DNA of 64,000 nucleotides, taken from contig JAZDGF010000001.1 of assembly GCA_043807135.1 (NCBI GenBank), positions 68,573-132,572 of the forward strand, in the 5' to 3' direction. This document shows positions 27,051 through 36,100 of the stretch, one piece after another. The notes below the pieces were generated by a model. That model was not told the origin of the DNA and ran no database searches. It worked only from the letters and a program-made list of their open reading frames with translations. This DNA comes from Candidatus Levyibacteriota bacterium (GTDB lineage: Bacteria; Patescibacteriota; Microgenomatia; Levybacterales; UBA12049). The first letter of the stretch is position 1. The number at the start of each line of letters is the position of its first letter. Both the position numbers and the translations under genes were made by a program.

Positions 27051-30000
27051 TTAATACCCTTTCATAACTGCTTGAAGAAACTTCAAAGTCCCTACAAATC
27101 CTGCGTGGGCAAATGCAGCAATGCCTTCTTTTTTAAATTCTTCTCTAAAAAGATCTTTATATCTCGACTGTGCCATTCCTTCTATTTGATCAAATTCTTT
27201 TGCAGTGAAAAAAGAAGACTTTTTCTTGGTTGTTTTATATTTTCCATCTTTATCGAGATCTTCTTCTTCTATTCCGTAAGGAAAATTCTTGAAAAGAAAC
27301 TCAATTGCTGCAATGTCCATTGAGCTATACCAAGAATATCCCTCATCTTCTTGTCTATGTGACCAAAGATCTTTTGCAATAAAGTATGCAAAAGGCAGTC
27401 TGGCAAGTCTTTTCCTTACATGTTCTGGAGCTTCACCTTCTCCTTCAAATTCTCGATCAAAAGGATCTCTATATCCATTTTTAAATAATCCACGATTAGT
27501 CCCGTCAGCTTCAGGCTTCCCATCTTTGTCTGCATATAAATTAAAGCTTAATACTTCTTCATTAAACATATGCTCCTCAAGCTTTTTTTCACCAAATTTT
27601 AGTATGGGGTCTTTTTCCTCTCCGTTTTCGTCAAGCCCCGATTCATCCTTTTCATACCACCACTCCCTTACTTCATGCCCATAAAGAAATTCCGGAAGAT
27701 CAAATGTATATCTTGTATTTTTCCAAAACTCTTTAAATACCTTGTCTCTTTCTTCTTCAATTATCTGAAGTCTTCCATAAGCACCCTTTACAACCATCTT
27801 TGAATAATCTATCCCGTGATGTGTTGTAATGAATTCATAAAACTTGAATGCATTAAAGACATGATCGTCTATAAATTTTCTTTGTGCATTTCCTTTGAAG
27901 CTAAAAGCTCGTATATCTTCATCTATAGAAACATTATTCCCCTGTCCTCCTTGTAAAATTTCAAGCAAAGTTTTCTTAAAGCTTTTTTCACCATAAGCGT
28001 CTCCTTCGCTTACGGTCGTTGCTTCAAGGAAGTTTAAACCAATTCTTTTCAGTCCAAAAACGTTTTGAATATTTCCTACAGCACTTTTTGCATCTTTATA
28101 TTGCCCTTTTCTATACTCAGCTGTATTAATTAGCTTAGACCATCCGTCAAAACCAATTGCCTTTGTGTCATTTCTTGCTTGTATTCCCATCCACCTTACC
28201 ATAGTACTTACCCATTCAACAGCATACTTTGCTTCTTCTTTTGCATGCATTATTTCTTTATCTTCTAGCTCTTTAATCGAAAATCTTAAACATAATTCTT
28301 TATATTCTTTAGGATAATCTTTTTTTAGAATCTCAAATACTATTCTTTCATCAGATATTGCTGCAACCATAGCCCCGTTTACTAGTTCTTTTATTGCCTC
28401 TGGTTTTTTTGGATGGTTAAATATATTAAGATCATTTAACTCAAGCTCCCAATTTTTTAAACATTTTTCTGCAGCGTCTCTTATTTCTTTAGTCATCTCT
28501 GTTTCCCCAGAGATTTTTTCTAACTCTTCTACTCCTCCTGTCTTGCCAATAATATATCTGTAAAAATTAAGTGTTCCTTCTTCTCCAAGAACTTCTTCAA
28601 ACATATTTTTTTCCTCACCATCTGGCTTATAAGCTATTTCTGAAAGATGATAATAAGCAAGTAGTATTTTTTGTATATCTTTTCCTACAGAACCTTGTTT
28701 TTCTTGATGCTCAATCTTGTCTTTACCTATGATCCACTCTAATTCTTCTGCATTGTTTCCTGAAAGCATCAGTATTTTAAGAAGTCTATTCCTATTCTTT
28801 GTAAAAATATTGTTATAATGTATTTCAGCTAGTGCATTTGGGAGATCTTTTTCTATCCCCTCAACCATATGGTATTTAACATTAAAGTTATGCGACATTT
28901 GAAAAAGCCATACTTCAATCAATAACAGTTCTTTTAAATTCTCCTGCTTTTTTGGAAGATGGTAATCTCCTGTTGGAAGCATCCCCATTTTGGGATCAGG
29001 TTTTTCTACCTTGGTCATAAAGTATTTAGCATAAGCCATCATTTCTCCGAAGTTAATTGATCTATAGTTAGTAGTAACGCCAATATCAGAAAAAAGATTT
29101 ACTTCAGCATCTGAATGTAGATCATGATAATAAAGAATTCTACTTCTAATCCATGCTAAAAAATTCTCTGCTTTGAATTTTCCTTCTTTATCTAAAAGCT
29201 CATGTTTTCCGCCGGTTCTCCATTCCGGATCTTGAGCACTCATAATAAGTCTTGCCAAATCTTCTGCACTATTAAGAAGAGTATCGTATCCAAACTGTCC
29301 CTCAAATCTTTTAATAAAATCTCCAAGTGTGACATCTCGTATTCCTTTCTCCTCTCTTGTTTCATGCTCTGTTTCTAGCCCAGACAGTCTTAAAAATAAA
29401 TTCCTAGCACTTCTAAAATCCTCTTCTCTCTCAAAATTCAACTCTCCTTTTCTTGCTTTTGTTATAAGTCCTCTTGCGATTTCTAAATCTTTAAGAAACT
29501 CATCTTTTTTGCTTTCATCTTCTTCAAACTTATTTACATTAAGGCTTCCATTCTTTATTCCACTTTCTATATTTGCTATCATACTAGCCCAGGCAACATC
29601 AATTGCTAAAAATTTTGTGAAATCTTCTTGAGATTCTGCTTTTATTAATTCTTGTATCATTTCTTGATAAATTTTCTCAGAAGAATTATCCCTATTTTCT
29701 TTTTCTGACTTATCTATTGCATTTGTAAGATCATTTGTAAATTCCTCTGTTTCTTTTCCTCCATCAGGAAAAAATTTTTCAGCAGTACCTTTTGCTATAT
29801 TTCTTTGATGACGCTTTCGTTGATTTTCTTGCGCAATTTCTCCTAAGCCAAGACCTTCCAGCACATTTTTTACAGATTCCTCCGATATCGACACTTCTGT
29901 TGCTGCTGACGAACTTTTAGATGAATGTTCCGTAGGACGGTCATGTTCTCCAGGGGGACCTTCTTCTGACATAAAAATATCTCCTTCTCCTCCAAGTTTA

Positions 30001-30080
30001 GAAGCATTAGGTTTGCTTGTCAACGCTTCTTGACTATCTGTTTGGCCATTTGATGAAATATTATTTTCTTTTTCTGTCAT
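27051..30080 (-). CDS. Large acidic helical hypothetical protein (1009 aa; alternative start 29972)
   Basis: Long ORF with E/K-rich composition, disordered N-terminus and hydrophobic C-terminal helix; no recognised domain. Confidence 0.8.
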   Translation of the reverse strand: MTEKENNISSNGQTDSQEALTSKPNASKLGGEGDIFMSEEGPPGEHDRPTEHSSKSSSAATEVSISEESVKNVLEGLGLGEIAQENQRKRHQRNIAKGTAEKFFPDGGKETEEFTNDLTNAIDKSEKENRDNSSEKIYQEMIQELIKAESQEDFTKFLAIDVAWASMIANIESGIKNGSLNVNKFEEDESKKDEFLKDLEIARGLITKARKGELNFEREEDFRSARNLFLRLSGLETEHETREEKGIRDVTLGDFIKRFEGQFGYDTLLNSAEDLARLIMSAQDPEWRTGGKHELLDKEGKFKAENFLAWIRSRILYYHDLHSDAEVNLFSDIGVTTNYRSINFGEMMAYAKYFMTKVEKPDPKMGMLPTGDYHLPKKQENLKELLLIEVWLFQMSHNFNVKYHMVEGIEKDLPNALAEIHYNNIFTKNRNRLLKILMLSGNNAEELEWIIGKDKIEHQEKQGSVGKDIQKILLAYYHLSEIAYKPDGEEKNMFEEVLGEEGTLNFYRYIIGKTGGVEELEKISGETEMTKEIRDAAEKCLKNWELELNDLNIFNHPKKPEAIKELVNGAMVAAISDERIVFEILKKDYPKEYKELCLRFSIKELEDKEIMHAKEEAKYAVEWVSTMVRWMGIQARNDTKAIGFDGWSKLINTAEYRKGQYKDAKSAVGNIQNVFGLKRIGLNFLEATTVSEGDAYGEKSFKKTLLEILQGGQGNNVSIDEDIRAFSFKGNAQRKFIDDHVFNAFKFYEFITTHHGIDYSKMVVKGAYGRLQIIEEERDKVFKEFWKNTRYTFDLPEFLYGHEVREWWYEKDESGLDENGEEKDPILKFGEKKLEEHMFNEEVLSFNLYADKDGKPEADGTNRGLFKNGYRDPFDREFEGEGEAPEHVRKRLARLPFAYFIAKDLWSHRQEDEGYSWYSSMDIAAIEFLFKNFPYGIEEEDLDKDGKYKTTKKKSSFFTAKEFDQIEGMAQSRYKDLFREEFKKEGIAAFAHAGFVGTLKFLQAVMKGY

Positions 30081-30155
30081 GGCAAGAGAATTTTAAAAGA
30101 ATATAATATCGATAGCTTGATATTAACCCGACAAAAAACTTACAATATATCTACC

Positions 30156-31484
30156 ATGGATCCTAAATACTTTGAATCCCTGTATCCTAATACATCGCGC
30201 TTTAAAGAAATTGAGGAAATTTTAAGCTTTGTTAAAAACGGAAACTCTTGCCAACTTATTTCCTTTCCAGGAACCGGAAGGTCTAATATCCTGCAGCTTC
30301 TTGCCTATAATAGAGGCGTTAGAGAGAAACATCTTGGTGAAAAACAAAAATATGTCCATTTTGTTTACATGAATTTTTCAGAGGTAAGAAATCGCACTCT
30401 TCATGATGTAAATAAATTTATCTTTCTTTCTCTTATTGATTCTTTAACTGAACGAGAATTTTTAGAAGAGCACAAAAAGCTTAATAGGATTTTTAAAGAA
30501 TATTCAAAAACAAATGACGAATTAATTTTTTTTCAAGGATTAAAAGAAGCTCTTAATTATTTATCTATTGAAAAAAAACTAACAATAGTTCTTCTTTTTG
30601 ATAGATTTGAAGAATATCTTCCCGTACTCACTGATGAATTTTTTGCAAATCTTAGAATTTTAAGAAATAAGGCAAAATATCGTTTTTCTGCAGTATTCAC
30701 GCTTAACCGTCCCCTTGAAGATTTATTAAAGCCAACACTTTTTAATCAATTCTATGAATTTTTAGCAGGACATCTTGTTTATGTTTCTTTGTATGACAAG
30801 CCGGGAATGGATTTTAGAATTTCTTACTTTGAAAAAAAATATCAAAGGTCATTAGATAAAAAAACTTTAACTATCATTTTTTCTCTTACCGCAGGTCACG
30901 GAAAATTAACTCGCATTGCCCTTGAAACAGTTTTTGAGCAAAATATAAAAACCTTAACAAAAGAGGAAATTTTGCAATTATTACTAGCCAAAAAAACTAT
31001 TACCAGAGCTCTTTTTGAAATTTATAGCTTTCTTTCCAAAGAGGAAATAGAAAGACTTAATAAAAAGAGTAATGATAGCTTTTTAGAAAACATTGGCTTA
31101 TTTAAAGACAATAAAATCACAATTCTTCTTTTTGAAAAATATTTAGAGTTAAAAAAAACTTTTATCTCTACTGAAGATGAAAAAGATAAAATATTTATTG
31201 ATCATGAAACAAATGAAATTAAAAAAGGAAAAGAAAATCTTTCCGATAAATTAACTTCTTCAGAGTTTAAACTTTTAAAATATCTGTTGCAAAATCCTGA
31301 AAGAGTTATTGAGAGAAATGAGATTATTGAAGCTGTTTGGCAAAATACTGCCTCTTTTGCCGGCGTTTCTGATCAAGCAGTTGATCAACTTGTTCTTAGA
31401 ATTCGTAAGAAAATTGAAGACAATCCAAACAACCCCAACTACCTTTTAACGATTAAGGGAAGAGGATTTAAATTTATTCTCTAA
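30156..31484 (+). CDS. Degenerate P-loop NTPase fused to C-terminal OmpR-type winged-helix DNA-binding domain
   Basis: R.KE, FPGTGRS (Walker A-like), LLFDRFE (Walker B-like), LTAGHGKL; C-terminal LTSSEFKLL.YL..N..RVI.R.EI..AVW...VDQLV.RIRKKIE..P..P.YL.TIKGRGF. Confidence 0.85.
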   Translation: MDPKYFESLYPNTSRFKEIEEILSFVKNGNSCQLISFPGTGRSNILQLLAYNRGVREKHLGEKQKYVHFVYMNFSEVRNRTLHDVNKFIFLSLIDSLTEREFLEEHKKLNRIFKEYSKTNDELIFFQGLKEALNYLSIEKKLTIVLLFDRFEEYLPVLTDEFFANLRILRNKAKYRFSAVFTLNRPLEDLLKPTLFNQFYEFLAGHLVYVSLYDKPGMDFRISYFEKKYQRSLDKKTLTIIFSLTAGHGKLTRIALETVFEQNIKTLTKEEILQLLLAKKTITRALFEIYSFLSKEEIERLNKKSNDSFLENIGLFKDNKITILLFEKYLELKKTFISTEDEKDKIFIDHETNEIKKGKENLSDKLTSSEFKLLKYLLQNPERVIERNEIIEAVWQNTASFAGVSDQAVDQLVLRIRKKIEDNPNNPNYLLTIKGRGFKFIL

Positions 31485-31535
31485 CACTATCTTGGGTAGT
31501 TGCATTTTGTTAAATATTTCAGCTATGCTTAGATT

Positions 31536-32150
31536 GTGAGAAAAATAATTATATCGTTGGGAATTTTTTATATATTTTCTTTCCAACTTCCTCCTTTACA
31601 TCTAATTCATGCTCTCTTACCAGACAACGCAATGTGTGACAAAGATGAAGAATGTGCTTCCGGTGCCTGTGTAAAATACACACTTCCCGGAGAAGGGAAA
31701 ATTCGCAATACAGAAAAGCGCTGCGGTCCAATAGAAGATAAGGAAGCTAAGAAAGTTATTAACCCCGATGGTACAAAAACAGATTTGGAAGATGAGAAAA
31801 AAGTAAAGCAAGAACCCCTGCGTAATTCTCCTTGTAAGCAAGTGGGGGGTAAAGACAACGCTTATTTTAATTGTGATACTGGTTTAGGAATAACAATTAG
31901 TTCAAACCCAAAAGATTTTGTTAAAACTCTGTTTGGTGTAATTTTAAGTATCTCTGGAATGATAGCTCTCCTGCTTATAATATTTTCAGGGTATAGACTA
32001 ATCACCTCTCGGGGAAATCCAGAAAAAATTACAGATGCAAAAGACAGACTTACTTCTGCAGTTATCGGGCTCTTGTTTGTTATCTTTTCACTTGTTATAT
32101 TGCAAATTATAGGAGTTGATATTTTACATATTCCCGGATTAACAGAATGA
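31536..32150 (+). CDS. VirB2/TrbC-like pilin with Cys-rich N-terminal domain
   Basis: Signal peptide, CDKDEECASGAC...C...C...CDTGLG, then SGYRLITSRGNPEKI.DAK..LT.AVIGL. Confidence 0.8.
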   Translation: MRKIIISLGIFYIFSFQLPPLHLIHALLPDNAMCDKDEECASGACVKYTLPGEGKIRNTEKRCGPIEDKEAKKVINPDGTKTDLEDEKKVKQEPLRNSPCKQVGGKDNAYFNCDTGLGITISSNPKDFVKTLFGVILSISGMIALLLIIFSGYRLITSRGNPEKITDAKDRLTSAVIGLLFVIFSLVILQIIGVDILHIPGLTE

Positions 32151-32458
32151 AAGAATTAGTTCTTAAAATTAATGGGCAAGAAGTTCAAGCGCCTGAAGGA
32201 GTTCCAGTAGGAGGAGCTGATACAGGAAGTCAAATAATTTCCTTGAGCGTAACAGTTCTTTTTATAGTAGCAATTTTGCTTGCTCTTATATTTTTAATTT
32301 GGGGAGGAATTGATTGGACTACGTCTCAAGGAGATAAGAATAAAGTTCATGCAGCAAGAGAAAAGATAGTATATTCTATTATCGGACTTAGTGTAGTTTT
32401 ACTATCTTTTTTTATTGTTTCTCTAGTATCTGGTATTTTAGGAGTGAAACTTTTTTAA
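32147..32458 (+). CDS. VirB2/TrbC-like pilin
   Basis: LIWGGIDWTTSQGDKNKV.AAR.KI.Y.IIGL; ATGA overlap with previous gene. Confidence 0.82.
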   Translation: MKELVLKINGQEVQAPEGVPVGGADTGSQIISLSVTVLFIVAILLALIFLIWGGIDWTTSQGDKNKVHAAREKIVYSIIGLSVVLLSFFIVSLVSGILGVKLF

Positions 32459-32477
32459 TATTTAATAAAGGAAGGAC

Positions 32478-32506
32478 TTGACAAGCCAAAAAAAACATCG
32501 TACGAT
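32478..32506 (+). promoter_or_regulatory. Near-consensus sigma70 promoter of third pilin
   Basis: TTGACA-17 nt-TACGAT, 11 nt upstream of ATG 32518. Confidence 0.8.
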
Positions 32507-32517
32507 AAAGAAAAGTT

Positions 32518-32934
32518 ATGAAAAAATTATTTGCCATCCCCACTTCAGTTGCTCTCTATCTTACTAACGCTCCTTTAGCTTTTGCACAAGGAACACCAAT
32601 TGATCCCTGCGCAGCATCAGACAGTAAATTCAATGTTCTTTGCGAGCTAAATGCTGGACAGTTTGGTAAGCTTGTTGGAACTGCTATTACTGCCGTTTTT
32701 GTAATTGCTGTTATTATCGCTCTTATTTATTTAATTTACGGCGGTGTTCGCTGGATAATGTCCCAGGGAGATAAAAGCAAAGTCCAAGAAGCAAGAAGTC
32801 ATATTATAGCTGCTGTTTTAGGATTAATAATTGTTTTCCTTGCCTACTTTATAATAAATATTATTCTCGGGGTGTTCCTAGGAATAAGTATTGATCAAAT
32901 AGAACTTCCTAACCTCAAGGACGCAATAAAATAA
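32518..32934 (+). CDS. VirB2/TrbC-like pilin (candidate major subunit)
   Basis: Signal peptide ending AFA-Q, Cys pair, LIYGGVRWIMSQGDKSKVQEARSHI.AAVLGL. Confidence 0.85.
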   Translation: MKKLFAIPTSVALYLTNAPLAFAQGTPIDPCAASDSKFNVLCELNAGQFGKLVGTAITAVFVIAVIIALIYLIYGGVRWIMSQGDKSKVQEARSHIIAAVLGLIIVFLAYFIINIILGVFLGISIDQIELPNLKDAIK

Positions 32935-32988
32935 AACAACTTCTAAAGCAGTCTTGCTATCTACATTTTTTTCTGCTAAGTTAAGTTT

Positions 32989-33332
32989 ATGGATGATATT
33001 CCAAAAGGAGACCTATAGGAGGAGATTGGGGGGATTGTGTTCAGGAGGGAGTAGCAACTCTTTCTTGCATTCCTGTTGTTTTAGCAAGTGTTGTTAACTG
33101 GGCTTTAATATTTGCAGGCGTAGTTGCTTTAGTAATTGTAATTTTGTCTGGGATTAAATTTATAACCTCTAAGGGAGACAAAAAACAAGTTGCAAGTGCT
33201 AAGAGTAGTTTATCCTATGCAATACTAGGGTTAATTTTAATCTTTCTTTCCTTTTTTATAATAAGACTTATTGGTTATATTACAGGAGTTGATTGTATAA
33301 ACACTTTTGGCTTTAATAATTGTACTAGTTAA
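32989..33332 (+). pseudogene. Fourth VirB2-like pilin, split by a 1-nt frameshift near its start
   Basis: ATG 32989 gives MDDIPKGDL*; the -1 frame continues RRPIGGDWGDCVQEGVATLSCIPVVLASVVNWALIFAGVVALVIVILSGIKFITSKGDKKQVASAK.SL.YAILGL to 33332 with no ATG/GTG/TTG before 33144. Confidence 0.7.
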
Positions 33333-34369
33333 TTATTTGCTCCTGCTTTTGCAACTCCTTGAGTAACAACTATAGACAAAAGAAATAATCCCGCAATTAA
33401 AAAAAGTATGTTTTTCCCATATTTTTTTTCTAGATCATCCGCTTCTTTATCCCCCATCACAATACCTATCATCTCCGTTGCATCTTCCTCGCTTAGTTCT
33501 TTCCCAAGAATAGCGTCAACAACCCCTTTATATTTTTCAGGATCGTTATTCTGAAAAAAATTCTCGAAATCAAAATTGCCATCCAATATTGCTTTTTTTT
33601 GGACATCATTCAACGGAGCATCTTTTAACCCTTCGCTTATTAGCTCTTTTCCTTTATTTACCTTTTCTTGGTCAATTTCACTTAAAAATTTATCCACATC
33701 TATTCCTAACTCTTTTAATCCTTGAAGGGCTAATTGCCCATGGTATTCACCTCTTTCCCCCTCAGCCTTTTTTGCACAAAATATTTTCGACAATTGCATC
33801 CTTTCCAATGAAGTATCTTCGCTTTTATCTTCTTTCTCTTTTATTTTCTCTCTCAAAGAAACTTCCTGACTATTAAAAAGATCATTTATAGTTTCCGGAG
33901 GACTTTCTATCTCTGTTGCAGATTCTTCTGGAAACTCAAAAGCATATATCCCTTTTTCTTTAAGAATAGCCTTATCCCCAGGAGTTACTTTATCAAGTTC
34001 TTTTTTCCACTCATTTAGAGAATAACTTTTACCGTCTAATTCAACTTTAATATTTTCAGATATCTCATCTAATGTTCCCTTCGCTTCTTCATCATCATAA
34101 AGATCTTCTAATGCCTCTACGTTAGCTCGTAATGCTTTTGAATTTTCTTCTACTCCTTTGCTCGCATCATATGTAAGAGCAAGCTCTCCTTTTTCTTTAT
34201 CAAGTTCCCCTCTATCTATTTTCTTACGAATTATTACTTCTGAGGCGCCAAAAAACTGTTGAGCTCTTTCTTTCCCTTTTTCTCTTAAACCCTCTCCTTT
34301 TGGAACTACACTCTTTTCAGGAATTTTAACTTCTGGAACTGGTGGTCCTTCTGCTGCTCCTTCACTCAT
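33329..34369 (-). CDS. Acidic helical hypothetical protein with C-terminal TM (tail anchor)
   Basis: 346 aa E/K-rich ORF ending KYGKNILFLIAGLFLLSIVVTQGVAKAGANN. Confidence 0.8.
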   Translation of the reverse strand: MSEGAAEGPPVPEVKIPEKSVVPKGEGLREKGKERAQQFFGASEVIIRKKIDRGELDKEKGELALTYDASKGVEENSKALRANVEALEDLYDDEEAKGTLDEISENIKVELDGKSYSLNEWKKELDKVTPGDKAILKEKGIYAFEFPEESATEIESPPETINDLFNSQEVSLREKIKEKEDKSEDTSLERMQLSKIFCAKKAEGERGEYHGQLALQGLKELGIDVDKFLSEIDQEKVNKGKELISEGLKDAPLNDVQKKAILDGNFDFENFFQNNDPEKYKGVVDAILGKELSEEDATEMIGIVMGDKEADDLEKKYGKNILFLIAGLFLLSIVVTQGVAKAGANN

Positions 34370-34423
34370 ATTTATATATTAGTTTATATTGTAAAGGAAA
34401 ATCAACTGTGATACCTTTTAATT

Positions 34424-34759
34424 ATGTCCACTGGCAAAGCAGAAGCATTAGCAGCACAAATTAATCCTGAAGACAGGCCTATTGCAGTACGTGAATATCC
34501 AAAAGAAACCCCTGCTCCCAAGATTGAGATACCAACTCAAGCCCAGTCATCAGAACCAGTTAAGGCATCTGATATTAGAGAAGGTATGGTTAAAGGAGAT
34601 AAAGAAATAGAATTTAGCAAACATGCACAAAAGTTAGAGGCAGCAGATACTGATGCAAAAATTGAAGAAGTAAAAAGAGAACTAGAAGAACATTCTATAA
34701 GTCATAATCCTGTTTCTGGAGAAACTTCTTCTGATAATAATCCTTCTTTTTCCGAATAG
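34424..34759 (+). CDS. Small acidic, largely disordered hypothetical protein
   Basis: 111 aa ORF; TGa-TACCTT 6 nt upstream of ATG; hairpin GCTCAAAA/TTTTGAGC downstream at 34783-34806. Confidence 0.65.
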   Translation: MSTGKAEALAAQINPEDRPIAVREYPKETPAPKIEIPTQAQSSEPVKASDIREGMVKGDKEIEFSKHAQKLEAADTDAKIEEVKRELEEHSISHNPVSGETSSDNNPSFSE

Positions 34760-34856
34760 TTTTACCCACTTTTCACAGCCAGGCTCAAAAGTAACATTTT
34801 TTGAGCTATTTTGATTGTCTTGAATTGATATTTTTCACGTTATAAACTATTTTTAT

Positions 34857-36098
34857 ATGGAAAATCATCCAATTCCTCAAGATATTACCGGCTTTCAGTT
34901 TAAGCTTATAGGGAATATGACTGTTAGGCAATTTGCTTATCTTGCAGCAGGAATTATTATTGCATGGATTTTTTATATTCTTCCTCTTTATATTTTAATT
35001 AAACTCCCCTTTTCTTTAATATTTGGTTTATCCGGAGTTGCGTTTGCTTTTTTACCAATTGAGGGAAGGCCAATGGATCTTATGATTAATAATTTTGTAA
35101 AAGCTTTATTTAATCCAACTCAATTTATATATGCTAAAACAGGCGGACATTTTTATTCCCCTACTCATGTCCCAGTCCCTCACATAGCAGCCCAAAAACA
35201 AACTGCATCTTCATTATCAGGTGATAATTTAAAAAAATTCTTAGATAATCTTCCTAAAAGACCTCAAAATAAACTAGATGAGAAAGAAATGGTTTTTTTT
35301 CAATCTCTTACAAATATTTCAAACCCTACAGCTTCCCCTACAGCATCAATTATACCAACCTATACAGCTCCACATATTTTTTCAGCTGCCCCTGTTAGAG
35401 CAAGTGATCTTAAAAAGCTAGAACCTGAAAAAGAAAAAAAGCCAGAGCCTATTGATTCTCAGGAAGAAGAAAATCAAAATATTCTTCTAGGTAAAGCGTC
35501 TGTTTTAGAACAAGAGCTTCAAAAAGCAAAACAAGAAGAAATGAAAAAAACTCAAGGCTCTGCTGATTATAATGCAGCTCATCAAAAAGTACTTGAACTT
35601 GAAACTCTTTTAAATGAAACTGTAGCTCAAAAACAAGGACTTGAAAACAAAATTCTATCACTTCAAAAAAAGCTTGATATGCAGGGGAAAAAAGTTTATT
35701 CCCCTTCTTTAGCAGTCCCTGAAAAAGAACCTACTAAGAATATTCGAAGTATTCCAAAAGGCATGGGTAAAAGCATTGGTATTCCAAATGCTCCCGAATA
35801 TCCAAATCTAGTTACTGGAATTATTAAAGATCCAAGATCAAATCCTTTACCAAATATTTTAGTTGAAATAAAAGATTATGAAGGAAATCCAGTTCGGGCT
35901 TTTAAAACAAATGCCTTAGGTCAATTTGCATCGGCAACCCCTCTTGTTAACGGAACGTATACAATTGAATTTGAAGATCCTAATGGACAAAACAAGTTTG
36001 ATATTATACAGTTTAGTGTCAAAGGGGAAATAATACTTCCTGTTGAAGTTATTTCCGTTGATACAAGAGAAGAATTAAGGAGGACTCTTTTTAACTAA
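34857..36098 (+). CDS. PrgI (VirB3-like) protein with coiled coil and C-terminal carboxypeptidase-regulatory-like beta domain
   Basis: HPIPQDIT.FQFKLIG.MT.RQF.YL, two TMs, P.EGRPMD; C-terminal G.IKD..S.PL.NILVEIKD..G.PVRA.KTN.LGQF. Confidence 0.85.
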   Translation: MENHPIPQDITGFQFKLIGNMTVRQFAYLAAGIIIAWIFYILPLYILIKLPFSLIFGLSGVAFAFLPIEGRPMDLMINNFVKALFNPTQFIYAKTGGHFYSPTHVPVPHIAAQKQTASSLSGDNLKKFLDNLPKRPQNKLDEKEMVFFQSLTNISNPTASPTASIIPTYTAPHIFSAAPVRASDLKKLEPEKEKKPEPIDSQEEENQNILLGKASVLEQELQKAKQEEMKKTQGSADYNAAHQKVLELETLLNETVAQKQGLENKILSLQKKLDMQGKKVYSPSLAVPEKEPTKNIRSIPKGMGKSIGIPNAPEYPNLVTGIIKDPRSNPLPNILVEIKDYEGNPVRAFKTNALGQFASATPLVNGTYTIEFEDPNGQNKFDIIQFSVKGEIILPVEVISVDTREELRRTLFN

Positions 36099-36100
36099 AT

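Noticed and set aside
32982-33000. TGA recoding (code 25) rescuing the fourth pilin
   Set aside because: smpB and other genes end in TGA and long ORFs have no internal TGA; reading through 32994 meets TAA at 32982 without a start codon.
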